Part shown: in pieces, positions 28,501-37,311 of the stretch | Layout: the number at the start of each line of letters is the position of its first letter | Numbering within the stretch: the first letter of the stretch is position 1 | DNA from: an uncultured Gammaproteobacteria bacterium | GTDB lineage: Bacteria; Patescibacteriota; Microgenomatia; UBA12405 | Direction of reading: 5' to 3' | DNA length: 64,000 bases | Assembly: GCA_964448705.1 (NCBI GenBank) | Contig: CAYUZS010000001.1 | Location: forward strand, 45,601-109,600 | Notes under the pieces: model-generated | The model's input: only the letters and a program-made list of their open reading frames with translations | Databases searched by the model: none | Told to the model about the DNA's origin: nothing | Made by a program: the position numbers and the translations under genes

Positions 28501-29290
28501 TATAGAAAATATCGGCTTTGAATTGGGAAAGATAAAAACTTTCTTCATCGCTAAGAGTGGATAAGACTTCAATAGAATTAATCTTGTCTTCCAAGAATTT
28601 CATTAAACTTTCGATTCGGTTCTTTTCACTTAAAGCCCGATTTTCCAGTTTTTGGATTTCCTGCTTAAGACGAACATCTCTCTCTTCAGTCGCGATTAAC
28701 AGCTGGTCTTTATTTTTAATTTTAGTCTTAAGAACCTTCTTTTCTTCCTCTGTTTGTTTGGTTTTATCGACAATTAATTTTTTAGTATCAACATCGATTT
28801 GAGAAAGACGGGATTTGGCATTGGAGTTAAGATTGTTCAAAGCTTCTTTTCGCTTATCACTGTCGACTGAAACTATCAGATATTTAGTGAAATAAACAAC
28901 TGATTCAAGTTCTTTTTGAGGAACATCCAGAATCGTGCTTAAAGGTGAAGGAGTGTTGCGAAGGTACCATAAATGGGTTACCGGAGCAGCCAAAGTGATG
29001 TGTCCCATGCGTTCACGTCGAACTTTGGAAGTGGTAACTTCCACACCGCACTTGTCACAAATAATCCCCTTGAATCGGATCTTTTTGTACTTTCCGCAAT
29101 AACATTCGTAATCGTGGCTGGGCCCAAAGATCTTTTCACAGAAAAGACCATCTTTTTCCGGACGCCAACTTCGATAATTAATTGTTTCCGGCTTAAGAAC
29201 TTCTCCATGTGACCAGGAAAGAATTTCGTCAGGCGAGGCCAGTTTGATTTTAAGACCACTAAAATCGATCATGCTTTTAAATTTAAACAT
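25556..29290 (-). CDS. rpoC: DNA-directed RNA polymerase beta' subunit
   Basis: The start was taken at MFKFKSMIDF..IKLASPDEILSWSHGEV (cat at 29288-29290), abutting the rpoB stop. The NADFDGD catalytic motif is present. Confidence 0.95.
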   Translation of the reverse strand: MFKFKSMIDFSGLKIKLASPDEILSWSHGEVLKPETINYRSWRPEKDGLFCEKIFGPSHDYECYCGKYKKIRFKGIICDKCGVEVTTSKVRRERMGHITLAAPVTHLWYLRNTPSPLSTILDVPQKELESVVYFTKYLIVSVDSDKRKEALNNLNSNAKSRLSQIDVDTKKLIVDKTKQTEEEKKVLKTKIKNKDQLLIATEERDVRLKQEIQKLENRALSEKNRIESLMKFLEDKINSIEVLSTLSDEESFYLSQFKADIFYKASMGAEAIYDVLKKLDLPATVKNLKKELVKTSSKLKKKKIMYKIRILNGMIENSIRAEWTILTQIPVIPPDLRPMVQLTGGRFATSDLNDLYRRLINRNNRLKKLLKLGAPEIILRNEKRMLQESVDTLIDAAKSSKNKRKSSKRTPRALSDLLRGKKGRFRRNLLGKRVDYSGRSVIVVGPDLKLNQVGLPKEIALEIYRPFVLRELISCGLAANIKSAKNLIDHRVSEVYDILEKITKDSYVLLNRAPTLHKLSIQAFKPILTDGLAIRLHPCMCAGFNADFDGDQMGVHLPLSKESLKEARNLMLPSHNLLKPSDGNPISIPGQEMAVGCYYVTSVQESDLSMEQADSFENLPLFSDKEEVILAYQLGKIQLRQLIGVRIDGKLIKTTYGRIWFNQIVPKEFGFLNEPMAGKKSVSDLVIRTMEQVGRMRAVKLIDDLKDIGFEGFTLSGLSLSMSDCGYLAGKEDIIHSANQRISEIEDNFKMGLISNEEKKRLSQSLWMEITEEIAEKTWETLNSDSPIKIVAAAGIKRASKDQIKQLSGMRGLMVDPTGHIVPLPTKSNFREGLSVFEYITGARGTRKGLADTALRTADAGYLTRRLVDAAHVCITREDDCGTSKFVTVDKNEKGRERYFGRRILGRVLANDAIDTKTNKVILAKGTLIDNDHVAILESGNIESVDVRSPLTCKATIGVCRKCYGWDLSTRKLVRLGVPVGVIAAQSIGEPGTQLTLRTKHTGGVVGVDVTQGLPRIQELFEVRTPKLPSPLAEFDGKIRVKENIDGFEIKLTGKDKNNANKTVTYLLPSNVNIMVSDGDLVAQGTQLSSGSLDVREIMDIKGIEAAQKYLIASIQSVYESQGISIHDKHIEVMVKEMSDKIKIEDPGDTNFLYGQTVTKAVYNAENDKAKANNGKPAKGKKILLGLIQTALSAGGWLSAASFQQTTSVLTEASLLAEVDNLIGLKENVIIGRLIPVNREQITK

Positions 29291-29291
29291 A

Positions 29292-32200
29292 TTAGTTTTC
29301 CTCCTCCACTGGAGTATTTGTAACTGCGGAAGCGTCAATTTCAGTTTTTTCTTCATCGACAACTTCTTTGACACCTGTAGGACTGATGTCGATAGCTAAA
29401 CCGGCAAGTTCTTTGGTAAGAACTTTGAATGATTCAGGGATTGCCGGTTCGGGAATGGGCTGACCTTTGATAATAGCTTGGAAAGCGTGTGTCCGCCCTT
29501 CAATATCATCGGATTTAATAGTCAACATTTCCTGAAGAGTATGGGCAGCGCGATGTGCTTCCAAAGCCCAGACTTCCATTTCTCCAAGTCTTTGTCCACC
29601 CATACGGGCTTTTCCACCCAAAGGTTGTTGAGTGACCAAGGAATAAGGTCCGGTAGAACGGGCATGAACTTTGTCGTCAACCATGTGAACCAGTTTGACG
29701 ATATAACCAATACCGACAACAGCTTTCTGATCGTAGGCGTCACCGGTTCGGCCATCATAAAGTTGGGTTTTTCCGCTAATATCCAAACCAGCTTGTTTTA
29801 ATTCATCAGCAATTTGGGATTCGGAATATTTCTCGAAAACAGGAACGGCATATTTTTTGCCAAGTTTCCAACCGGCGTAGCCTAGGGTAACTTCCAAAAT
29901 CTGTCCCAAATTCATACGGGCGATAACTGACAAAGGCGACATGACCATATCCACCGGAGTACCATCAGCCAAACGAGGCATATCATATTCCGGCATAATA
30001 CGGCAGATAACACCTTTGTTTCCATGACGTCCGGCAATTTTGTCTCCTTCCTGAATACGGCGGATTTGGGCAACATAAACTTTGACAACTTTATTGACTC
30101 CGGGATCAAGTTCATCACCTTTTTCTTTATCCAAAATATCGACTTTGATGACAACTCCACCTTCACCATTGGCAACTCTTAAGGAAGTGTCTTTAACTTC
30201 ACGAGCTTTTTCACCGAAAATAGCACGTAAAAGACGTTCCTCAGCCGTCAACTCTTTTTCACCGCGGGGTTCTACTTTACCAACAAGAATATCGTTGGGT
30301 CCAACAGTGGCACCAATCATCACAATACCGTCCTCAGTTAATTTAGCCAATTCGGCTTCGGAAACATTGGGGATATCTTTGGTTAATTCTTCACTGCCTA
30401 ATTTAGTTTCGACAACCTGAGCAACATTTTCATAAATTTGAATGTTGGTTAAAACATCTTCTTTAATCAAACGATCGGAAACTAAGAATGAATCTTCGTA
30501 GGAAAGACCGTCAATAGAAGCATAAGCGACTAAAAGATTACGGCCAATTGACAATTCACCATTATCAGTGGAAGGACCGTCAATAAGTACATCTCCTTTT
30601 TTAACTGTATCACCCAAGTTAACTAATACTTTTTGGTTGTAACAGGTACCGTAAGGTGAAGTGCGTTCAAATTTGGAGGTGTAATAGGTTTCAGTTTTAC
30701 CATCAGAAGAAATTTCGCTGTGCTTACCAACCTCTTCTTTAACGAGTTTGGAATCTAAGGTAACAACGACTTTTTCACCGTCAATATAGGTTACTTTTCC
30801 CGGATGATTGGCCACAATTGACCTGTTCATCGAGGTGGCGATTACTCCTTCCATCCCGGTACCGATGATAGGAGATTCAGGACTGACCAGAGGGACAGCC
30901 TGAGTCTGCATGTGAGAACCCATAAGGGCACGGGTAGCATCATCATGATCAACAAAAGGAATCAAAGAAGCAGAGGCACCAACAATTTCGTTGGGAACTA
31001 AGTCAATATAAGAAACACCTTCGACAGGACCTTCGATAAATTCGCCCTGATAACGAATTGGCAACCATTCTTGTTTAATGTTGTTATTTTCGTCAATTTT
31101 TACACCAAGATGGGTTATATTTGCATTATACTCATCATCGGCATCCAAATAGACAACATCATCATCTATATGGTATTGACTGCCTTTCTTAATAACCTTT
31201 CGGAAAGGAGCTTTAACAAAACCATATTTATCGACATCGGCATAGAGAGCCAAGTAGGTAACTAAACCAATGTTCGGACCTTCAGGAGAACGGACAGTAC
31301 AAATACGGCCATACTGACTGGAATGAACGTCACGAATAGAGAAAGCAGCTCTTTCCCGAGTTAAACCACCGACACCGACAACGGTAACACGGCGGAGAAG
31401 GTCAATTTCCGAAAGAGGATTGGTTTGATCCAAAATAGCGGAAAGTTGGTTGCTTCTAAAGAAAGTATTGAGTGAAGAAATAAGAGGTTGAGGATTGATC
31501 ATCTGGCTCGGGAGCGGTTTTTCTTTGGTGGAAATAAGCGACATTCTTTCTTTAACCATTCTTTCGAAACGGGCTAAAGCAGGACGGATGGCGACTTGGG
31601 AGACGATTTCGCCACAACGTCGGAGACGGCGGTTGGCCAAAGAATCGATGTCATCCAGACGGGTAACTTCTCTTTTTTGAAGTTGGATTAGGTATTTAAT
31701 AGTGGCAATTAAATCTTCTTTACGAATTACCCAATTTTCCTGATCATCATCGTCAAATTTGAAACCAAATTTTTTATTGACTTTGTAGCGGCCGACATTT
31801 CCCAATTCATAGGTCCTTAAATCAAAAAATCTTTCGGTAAAAAATTTCTGGGCATTTTCCAAAACCACCGGCTCTCCCGGTCGAAGTTTTCGATAGAATT
31901 CCAAAACAGCCTCTTCAGAAGTTTTGGTAGGATCAGCTTGAATAGTAGCATTTATAAAATCTGAAAACTCGCCAACTAATTGTTTGTCTCCCATCTGGCA
32001 GGCAGCACGAAGAAGAATAGTAGCGGGAAATTTCTTTTTGCGGTCGATTCTGGCAAAAATAACATCTTTTTTACCAATGAAAAACTCCAGCCAAGAACCT
32101 CGGACAGGACGAATTTCAGCATTAAAAAGTGTTTTACCGGTTGAAGGATCGGATTCTCCGGTGAAATAAACACCAGGAGAACGAACGAGTTGATTAATGA

Positions 32201-32579
32201 TTCCCCTTTCAATACCGTTGACAATATAAGTACCCTCTTCGGTCATGGTGGGAAGATTAAGGAAGAAAACATTTTCTTCTCTAACATCGCCGGTACGTTT
32301 GTTGGTTAATTTAGCTTTTATTTTGACAGGAATGGTGTAATTAAGACCTTTTCTTTTAGCAATTTCGGGAGATAAAGAGATCGGATCGAAGGCTAGTTCA
32401 CCTAATTGAAGTTCCCAGTTGTTTCCGGTGTAGTCTGAAATCGGAGAGATGGTCTGAATGGTTTTAGAAAGTTCTTGGTTTAAAAATTCTTTCCAGGATT
32501 CTTTTTGGATTCTTAACAAATCTAACTTAGGAAGATTGGGATATTTTTTACCCCAGTTGGTTCTTTTTGCGGATGGCAT
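29292..32579 (-). CDS. rpoB: DNA-directed RNA polymerase beta subunit
   Basis: The protein is 1095 aa with conserved beta motifs (e.g. GGQRLGEMEVWALEAH). Confidence 0.97.
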   Translation of the reverse strand: MPSAKRTNWGKKYPNLPKLDLLRIQKESWKEFLNQELSKTIQTISPISDYTGNNWELQLGELAFDPISLSPEIAKRKGLNYTIPVKIKAKLTNKRTGDVREENVFFLNLPTMTEEGTYIVNGIERGIINQLVRSPGVYFTGESDPSTGKTLFNAEIRPVRGSWLEFFIGKKDVIFARIDRKKKFPATILLRAACQMGDKQLVGEFSDFINATIQADPTKTSEEAVLEFYRKLRPGEPVVLENAQKFFTERFFDLRTYELGNVGRYKVNKKFGFKFDDDDQENWVIRKEDLIATIKYLIQLQKREVTRLDDIDSLANRRLRRCGEIVSQVAIRPALARFERMVKERMSLISTKEKPLPSQMINPQPLISSLNTFFRSNQLSAILDQTNPLSEIDLLRRVTVVGVGGLTRERAAFSIRDVHSSQYGRICTVRSPEGPNIGLVTYLALYADVDKYGFVKAPFRKVIKKGSQYHIDDDVVYLDADDEYNANITHLGVKIDENNNIKQEWLPIRYQGEFIEGPVEGVSYIDLVPNEIVGASASLIPFVDHDDATRALMGSHMQTQAVPLVSPESPIIGTGMEGVIATSMNRSIVANHPGKVTYIDGEKVVVTLDSKLVKEEVGKHSEISSDGKTETYYTSKFERTSPYGTCYNQKVLVNLGDTVKKGDVLIDGPSTDNGELSIGRNLLVAYASIDGLSYEDSFLVSDRLIKEDVLTNIQIYENVAQVVETKLGSEELTKDIPNVSEAELAKLTEDGIVMIGATVGPNDILVGKVEPRGEKELTAEERLLRAIFGEKAREVKDTSLRVANGEGGVVIKVDILDKEKGDELDPGVNKVVKVYVAQIRRIQEGDKIAGRHGNKGVICRIMPEYDMPRLADGTPVDMVMSPLSVIARMNLGQILEVTLGYAGWKLGKKYAVPVFEKYSESQIADELKQAGLDISGKTQLYDGRTGDAYDQKAVVGIGYIVKLVHMVDDKVHARSTGPYSLVTQQPLGGKARMGGQRLGEMEVWALEAHRAAHTLQEMLTIKSDDIEGRTHAFQAIIKGQPIPEPAIPESFKVLTKELAGLAIDISPTGVKEVVDEEKTEIDASAVTNTPVEEEN

Positions 32580-32599
32580 CGATGATAGGTATAACTACT

Positions 32600-32626
32600 A
32601 AAAGAAAGACCCCCGTGGTGACGGGA
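32600..32626 (-). terminator. Hairpin plus U-run between the upstream secreted-protein gene and rpoB: candidate terminator or attenuator in the rpoB leader
   Basis: The minus strand reads tCCCGTcaccACGGGg followed by GTCTTTCTTTT. It lies about 75 nt downstream of the 32702 gene stop and about 20 nt upstream of the rpoB ATG. Confidence 0.4.
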
Positions 32627-32664
32627 AAAGCGAGTTATGTTCCAACCGCTCGCCGAATGCGGAG

Positions 32665-32693
32665 ATTATATACTTAATTTATGCGTAGAGCAA
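32665..32693 (-). promoter_or_regulatory. Candidate promoter for rpoB-rpoC (TTGCTC-N17-TATAAT)
   Basis: The minus strand reads TTGCTCtacgcataaattaagtaTATAAT, beginning 9 nt after the upstream gene's stop. It was identified by consensus only. Confidence 0.3.
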
Positions 32694-32701
32694 GAGGGAG
32701 A

Positions 32702-33286
32702 TTATTGAGTAAATTTGAAGGTGGAGAGAATTTGCTTAAATTCAGCTAGTTGTTTTCCATCACAGCCAGTGTCGCTATTACATGTCATCTCGAAACATGC
32801 TCCTTTATTAAAAAATATAGCTGATTTGTAATTTGGCCCTTCGTAACCGTTAATGGCATAAACTGTGTAATTTGGGGCACTATACATAATTTGTCCGTCG
32901 CCGACAATGTCTGAAGGTTCACAGACGATATTTAGGCCAAAATTGTAAAAAGATCCGGTATATTTATCCCCAAAATCATTTGATACCAGTTTATAATCAG
33001 AACCTTTGAGAACGACAAAAAGATCGCGTGAAATATCCTTATTGTCGGCAAAATAGGTAGATGGATAGTTGAAGGTGAAACCTTCCTGAGTGTCCGCATA
33101 GGTATTCCAAACAAGGAGAGGATCAACAGAGGGAACTACCGTCTCAACAGGAATTACTACCGGAGCAGAATTTGAGGTCGATGGCCGTTGGCTAAAAAAA
33201 TAAAGATAGATCAAAGAGACGTTAAAAATAAATAGAACGGCGATGATAAACAAATAAAATACTTGAGAAAATCCAGATTTTTTCAT
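32702..33286 (-). CDS. Type-II membrane / secreted protein, paralog family member 1. It has an N-terminal signal anchor and a conserved C-terminal domain ending QILSTFKFTQ.
   Basis: The N-terminal TM helix is FYLFIIAVLFIFNVSLIYLYFF. The motif WNTY....GFTFNYPS and the C-terminal KQILSTFKFTQ are shared with ORFs 33290-34444 and 50785-51270. Confidence 0.6.
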   Translation of the reverse strand: MKKSGFSQVFYLFIIAVLFIFNVSLIYLYFFSQRPSTSNSAPVVIPVETVVPSVDPLLVWNTYADTQEGFTFNYPSTYFADNKDISRDLFVVLKGSDYKLVSNDFGDKYTGSFYNFGLNIVCEPSDIVGDGQIMYSAPNYTVYAINGYEGPNYKSAIFFNKGACFEMTCNSDTGCDGKQLAEFKQILSTFKFTQ

Positions 33287-33289
33287 AAT

Positions 33290-34444
33290 TTAGAGAATTT
33301 TGAAGGTGGAAAGAATTTGCTGAAGTTTTTCTTCTTCAGAGGTAGGATACGTGATTGAATACAAGATTGAATTTTTTTCGTTTTGTAAACCTATATATTT
33401 ATTTGGCAACTGAAATAGAGACCAGGATATGCCATTAATGTTTTTCTTTCCAGTTGAAACCGTGTCGTTCATATATTTTGGTTGATTAATAGGATAATTG
33501 GATGAAGCACTTATATCAAAAGCAGCGTTTGATGTTTTGTTAAAAATTAACTGAACATAATTAGCGGTATCAACATTGTTTATTTCCATACTTAGGTCCG
33601 ATGGATATTGAACGGAAAATTTATATTCATCACTGGTATATGTTTTCAAATCTTTTAGACTGGCGGAGGAAGAAGAAGTGGATTCACAGGCTTTTTCGGT
33701 ACAAGAAATAGTTAAGTCGGGAGTGCAGGTGCAGGTATTACAGCCATCAGCGGCAGCAAAAGCCTCATTGACCTGATATGTTTGGTCGTTTAGCTGACAG
33801 ACATTTCCCGGAGCAGCTGTTGGTGAGGTATCGGAAACTTTAGGAACAGAAGTTGAAGGATTAGAAGTGCCGCCTGGATTACTAAGAAAAACAGTATAGA
33901 CAATGGCACCGCAAACAGTGAGGAAAATAAATAAAGCGACAAAAAATAAATATTTAAAAATATTACTTTGGCGAGGAACCTCCTGTTGAGAATCAAAAAC
34001 AGGGGCGGGAGGAAGATTACTGTTTTCCGGTTGAGGAGTTGGAGGGAGATCATCATTTTCCGGTTGTGGAGTTAACGGAAGATCGTTGGTTTTCGGTTGA
34101 GGAATGGGAGGGAGTTCGTAGCTTTCTGCCTGAGGAACGGAAGAAAGAGGCTCTTCAGAAACCGGTTCCGGTGGATTTGGAACTTCGGTTAAAGCAATAT
34201 CGTCAGGAACAGAGGTCATTAAAGTATCTTCGGTTTCAGCGGCAGGAATAACAGCCGGATCTTCAGGAGCATCGATAGGTTTTGGGGATGAATTGTCAAC
34301 AGATTCAGGAGGCACCTGTGGAGTTTTAGAGGCTAGTTCTTGTGAATAATGATCTAATATATCCTGATATTGTTTGGCTAAATCTACATCCTGAGAAGGC
34401 TGAGTAGAATTTTGATCTTTAACATCCATATATAAATATCGCAT
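33290..34444 (-). CDS. Type-II membrane protein, paralog family member 2. It has an acidic/Pro-rich cytoplasmic N-terminal region with LPxTPQPEN repeats, a TM helix, a Cys-rich module and a conserved C-terminal domain ending QILSTFKIL.
   Basis: The TM helix is IFKYLFFVALFIFLTVCGAIVYTVFL. The Cys cluster is CQLND....CNTCTCTPDLTISCTEKAC. The C-terminus KTYTSDEYKFSVQYPS...LQQILSTFKIL aligns with the other two paralogs. An alternative start at MDVKDQ (34429) is possible. Confidence 0.6.
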   Translation of the reverse strand: MRYLYMDVKDQNSTQPSQDVDLAKQYQDILDHYSQELASKTPQVPPESVDNSSPKPIDAPEDPAVIPAAETEDTLMTSVPDDIALTEVPNPPEPVSEEPLSSVPQAESYELPPIPQPKTNDLPLTPQPENDDLPPTPQPENSNLPPAPVFDSQQEVPRQSNIFKYLFFVALFIFLTVCGAIVYTVFLSNPGGTSNPSTSVPKVSDTSPTAAPGNVCQLNDQTYQVNEAFAAADGCNTCTCTPDLTISCTEKACESTSSSSASLKDLKTYTSDEYKFSVQYPSDLSMEINNVDTANYVQLIFNKTSNAAFDISASSNYPINQPKYMNDTVSTGKKNINGISWSLFQLPNKYIGLQNEKNSILYSITYPTSEEEKLQQILSTFKIL

Positions 34445-34470
34445 TTAGAGAATATGGAGTCAATGGTAAA

Positions 34471-35538
34471 ATGATTAACCATAAAATGAAAACTAAAAAA
34501 GTCTATATTAAAACTTTCGGCTGTGCCCAAAATACGGCTGATTCCGAGAGGATCAAAGCTTACTACTGGGAAAAAGGAGCGGATTTTGTCGATAATTGGA
34601 AAAAAGCTGATGAAGTAGTAATTAACAGCTGTGTAATCAGAGAATCGGCAGAAAATCGGGTATATGGATTGATTAACAATATTAAGACTTTAAGACCAAA
34701 AACAAAAGTGGTTTTAACCGGATGTTTGGCGGGAATAGCAAAAAAGAAAATTGACGGAGTGGATGAACAAAAAAATATCAATGATTTTTTAACCTGGGAA
34801 CCGATTCGAAACAAGAAAGGAGCGGCGTTGGTATCGATCAGCACCGGCTGTAATAATATGTGTTCATTCTGTATCGTCCCCTTTTCCAGAGGCAGAGAAA
34901 TTTCCCGACCAATGGAAAAAATATTAGAAGAAGTTGATAAAGCCATTAAAATCGGTTTCAAAGATGTGGTATTAATAGGACAAAACGTGAATAGCTACGG
35001 CAGTGATTTTGGCGGCGAGTCGTGGGTACATTTGGGTAAAAAGAGAATCAAAAGCCAATTTCCAAAACTACTGGAAGAAGTAGCTAAAAGGGAATTGAAG
35101 GATATTTCTTTTGTTTCCAGTAACCCATGGGATTTCTCCGATGAACTAATTGAAGTGATTGCCAAATATAAAAATATCAACCGACTGCTGCATCTTCCGT
35201 TTCAGTCTGGAGATGATGAAGTGTTGAAAAGAATGAACCGCAGTTATACCCAACAAGAATATCTGGATTTGGTTAATAAAATCAAAAATGAAGTTGAAGG
35301 AGTCAGATTTTCAACAGATATTATTATTGGTTTTCCGGGAGAAAACGAAAAGGCTTTTGAAAACACAGTCGATGTTTGCAAAAAAGTAGGTTTTGAAATT
35401 GCTTATATTAATAAATATTCACCCAGAAGAGGAACGGTGTCGGCCAAGATTTTTGAAAACGATATTCCACAAAGTGAAAAGAAAAGAAGATGGAAAATTC
35501 TGGATGAACTGGTAAACCACAAATTAGCTGCGAATTAA
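34471..35538 (+). CDS. Radical SAM methylthiotransferase of the MiaB/RimO family (tRNA or ribosomal protein S12 methylthiolation), with a short C-terminus
   Basis: It has an MTTase N domain (VYIKTFGCAQN..DSE) and a radical SAM CNNMCSFC (CxxxCxxC) motif. At 355 aa it is shorter than canonical MiaB, so the TRAM domain is reduced. GGAG lies 11 nt upstream of ATG 34471. Confidence 0.75.
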   Translation: MINHKMKTKKVYIKTFGCAQNTADSERIKAYYWEKGADFVDNWKKADEVVINSCVIRESAENRVYGLINNIKTLRPKTKVVLTGCLAGIAKKKIDGVDEQKNINDFLTWEPIRNKKGAALVSISTGCNNMCSFCIVPFSRGREISRPMEKILEEVDKAIKIGFKDVVLIGQNVNSYGSDFGGESWVHLGKKRIKSQFPKLLEEVAKRELKDISFVSSNPWDFSDELIEVIAKYKNINRLLHLPFQSGDDEVLKRMNRSYTQQEYLDLVNKIKNEVEGVRFSTDIIIGFPGENEKAFENTVDVCKKVGFEIAYINKYSPRRGTVSAKIFENDIPQSEKKRRWKILDELVNHKLAAN

Positions 35539-35605
35539 GGTCGACAGCTGTAACTGAAATAACACTTTTTTATGGGGTCTGGAAAAATAGAGTATAATAC
35601 AGTAG

Positions 35606-36034
35606 ATGGAAAAAGAAATTTCTTCGCAAAGACAAGGCAGAATTTTAGTTTTGGGGACAAATAATGAAGATCAAGTAGCAATGGTGTACGGGAGATTAAG
35701 AGAGTTTTTGGATAATCATAATTTACCGAAAGTGCGGGTTGAGGTTGTGAGAGATGGAGTCTTCTTTGCAACTGCCATCAAAATGAATAAGGAAGGTGAA
35801 CAAATACCGGCAAATATAGTATTAGTAGGAACCAAGGCCAGAATCTACAACGGATTCAATTGCATTACAGAAGATATGGATAATCATATCGAGACAGTTT
35901 CGAAAACTTGTGAGGAAGTAGGGGCAAAAATGGTTAGGTTTAGGGTTAACTCCGAGACTAATTTGCCGGAAATTGATGGAAAAATAGAAGATATTTGTCG
36001 ACGTTTGAACGAAGTGAACGGGATAAATCAGTAA
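35606..36034 (+). CDS. Hypothetical protein, 142 aa
   Basis: It is a complete ORF. The -10-like TATAAT lies 7 nt upstream of the ATG and there is no SD. I recognise no family. Confidence 0.45.
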   Translation: MEKEISSQRQGRILVLGTNNEDQVAMVYGRLREFLDNHNLPKVRVEVVRDGVFFATAIKMNKEGEQIPANIVLVGTKARIYNGFNCITEDMDNHIETVSKTCEEVGAKMVRFRVNSETNLPEIDGKIEDICRRLNEVNGINQ

Positions 36035-36390
36035 ATTGTAAATCAATCGCGGACTGAAAATGATTTTTGCGGTATAATACGAATAATATGGAATAACAAT
36101 GGTATCGTTTACAAGTAGAAAGCGGTCATGTCGGGACAGGCAAAAGGGAAAAACATTTCGATTATGTCCTGGCACAAGATGCAGGTGAGGCTTACACTAT
36201 AGGTTCAAAAAACCCAGGAAAAGGCAGGATATTAAGAGTTGATCTACTGGATGAAGAACAATCAAAAAGTTTAGAAGCAGCGATAATTGAAATTGGAAAA
36301 AGGGAGGGATGAGTTGATTTCCTGGACAGTGTTAAAAACAGTCAAACATTTTTTGGCAGAAGAAAGAGCGGGGATAGAGTAGAAATTTAG

Positions 36391-37311
36391 TTATCTTAAA
36401 TACTTGGCAATATTGGCATTGTGCCCATCAAGAGTGGAGGAATAATACATTTTTCCGTCATTACCCGTAATATAGTAGAGATAATCGTTGTCAGCGGGAT
36501 GATAGGCAGCATAAAGGGAATCGTATCCGGGATTGCAGATAGGACCGGGAGGAAGGCCGGGGTGAAGATAAGTATTATACAGAGAATTTATGGAAAGATC
36601 GGGTTTACTTAATGGTGTCCAAAATTCTTTAGTGGATAATTTGCTGTCCCGGGCATACTGAACAGTGGCATCGATTTGCAGAGCCATATCAATAGAAAGA
36701 CGATTCAAGATAATACCGGCAATTTGCTGCTTTGACTGCAAACTCCGACCTTCACGCTCTAAAAGAGAAGCTAAAGTAACAATTTCTTTTAACGACAGCT
36801 GATTGTTAGTAGGATTAATTTGGGCGGCTGCAAGCTGGTTGTCGAAATTCTTTTTAATTATTTCTGAATAAATACGCTCCGGCTGATAATCGGCAGGCAC
36901 CAGATAGCTATCGGGGAAAACATAACCTTCAAGTGCTTCGTCAAATTTAACGGTTAGCTCGTCTAAACGCTGACCTTCAATAATTTTTAACCAATAATCA
37001 TTGTTGCCCTTAGAGATAAGTTTGGAAATAATTTCCGGAGTGGTGAGAGAAGGTTTTAGTTCAAAAGTACCCGCCTGAAGCCGACCGTTCAGACCGGAAA
37101 AATAAAGGTAAGTCAAAAAGACATATCGATTTCGAATAAGACCATTGTTTTCCAGTTGACGGGAAATAATTTTAGAACTGTCGCCCTGGTTAACAACAAA
37201 CACTTTAGTGGATGTATCCGAAGAAAACGCACTAAGTTCGTAAATATAAAATACAAAAGAAACTAAAATTAAAACAAACGGAATAAGAAGAAATAAAAAC
37301 AGTTTTCTCAT
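36391..37311 (-). CDS. mltG: Endolytic murein transglycosylase MltG (YceG family)
   Basis: It has an N-terminal TM anchor, the YceG-like motif NTYLHPGLPPGPICNPG, and a conserved catalytic Glu region (LASLLEREG). Confidence 0.88.
   Translation of the reverse strand: MRKLFLFLLIPFVLILVSFVFYIYELSAFSSDTSTKVFVVNQGDSSKIISRQLENNGLIRNRYVFLTYLYFSGLNGRLQAGTFELKPSLTTPEIISKLISKGNNDYWLKIIEGQRLDELTVKFDEALEGYVFPDSYLVPADYQPERIYSEIIKKNFDNQLAAAQINPTNNQLSLKEIVTLASLLEREGRSLQSKQQIAGIILNRLSIDMALQIDATVQYARDSKLSTKEFWTPLSKPDLSINSLYNTYLHPGLPPGPICNPGYDSLYAAYHPADNDYLYYITGNDGKMYYSSTLDGHNANIAKYLR

Noticed and set aside
36200-36260. Possible SRP (4.5S) RNA or tRNA-like element in the 36035-36390 gap (ccAGGAAaaGGCAGg; GGTTCAAAAAACC)
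   Set aside because: The resemblance to the 4.5S domain IV consensus is loose, and there is no matching 5' half. The T-loop-like GGTTCAAAAAACC has a 9 nt loop and no acceptor or anticodon arms could be folded by eye. A covariance-model search would be needed, so I did not call it.
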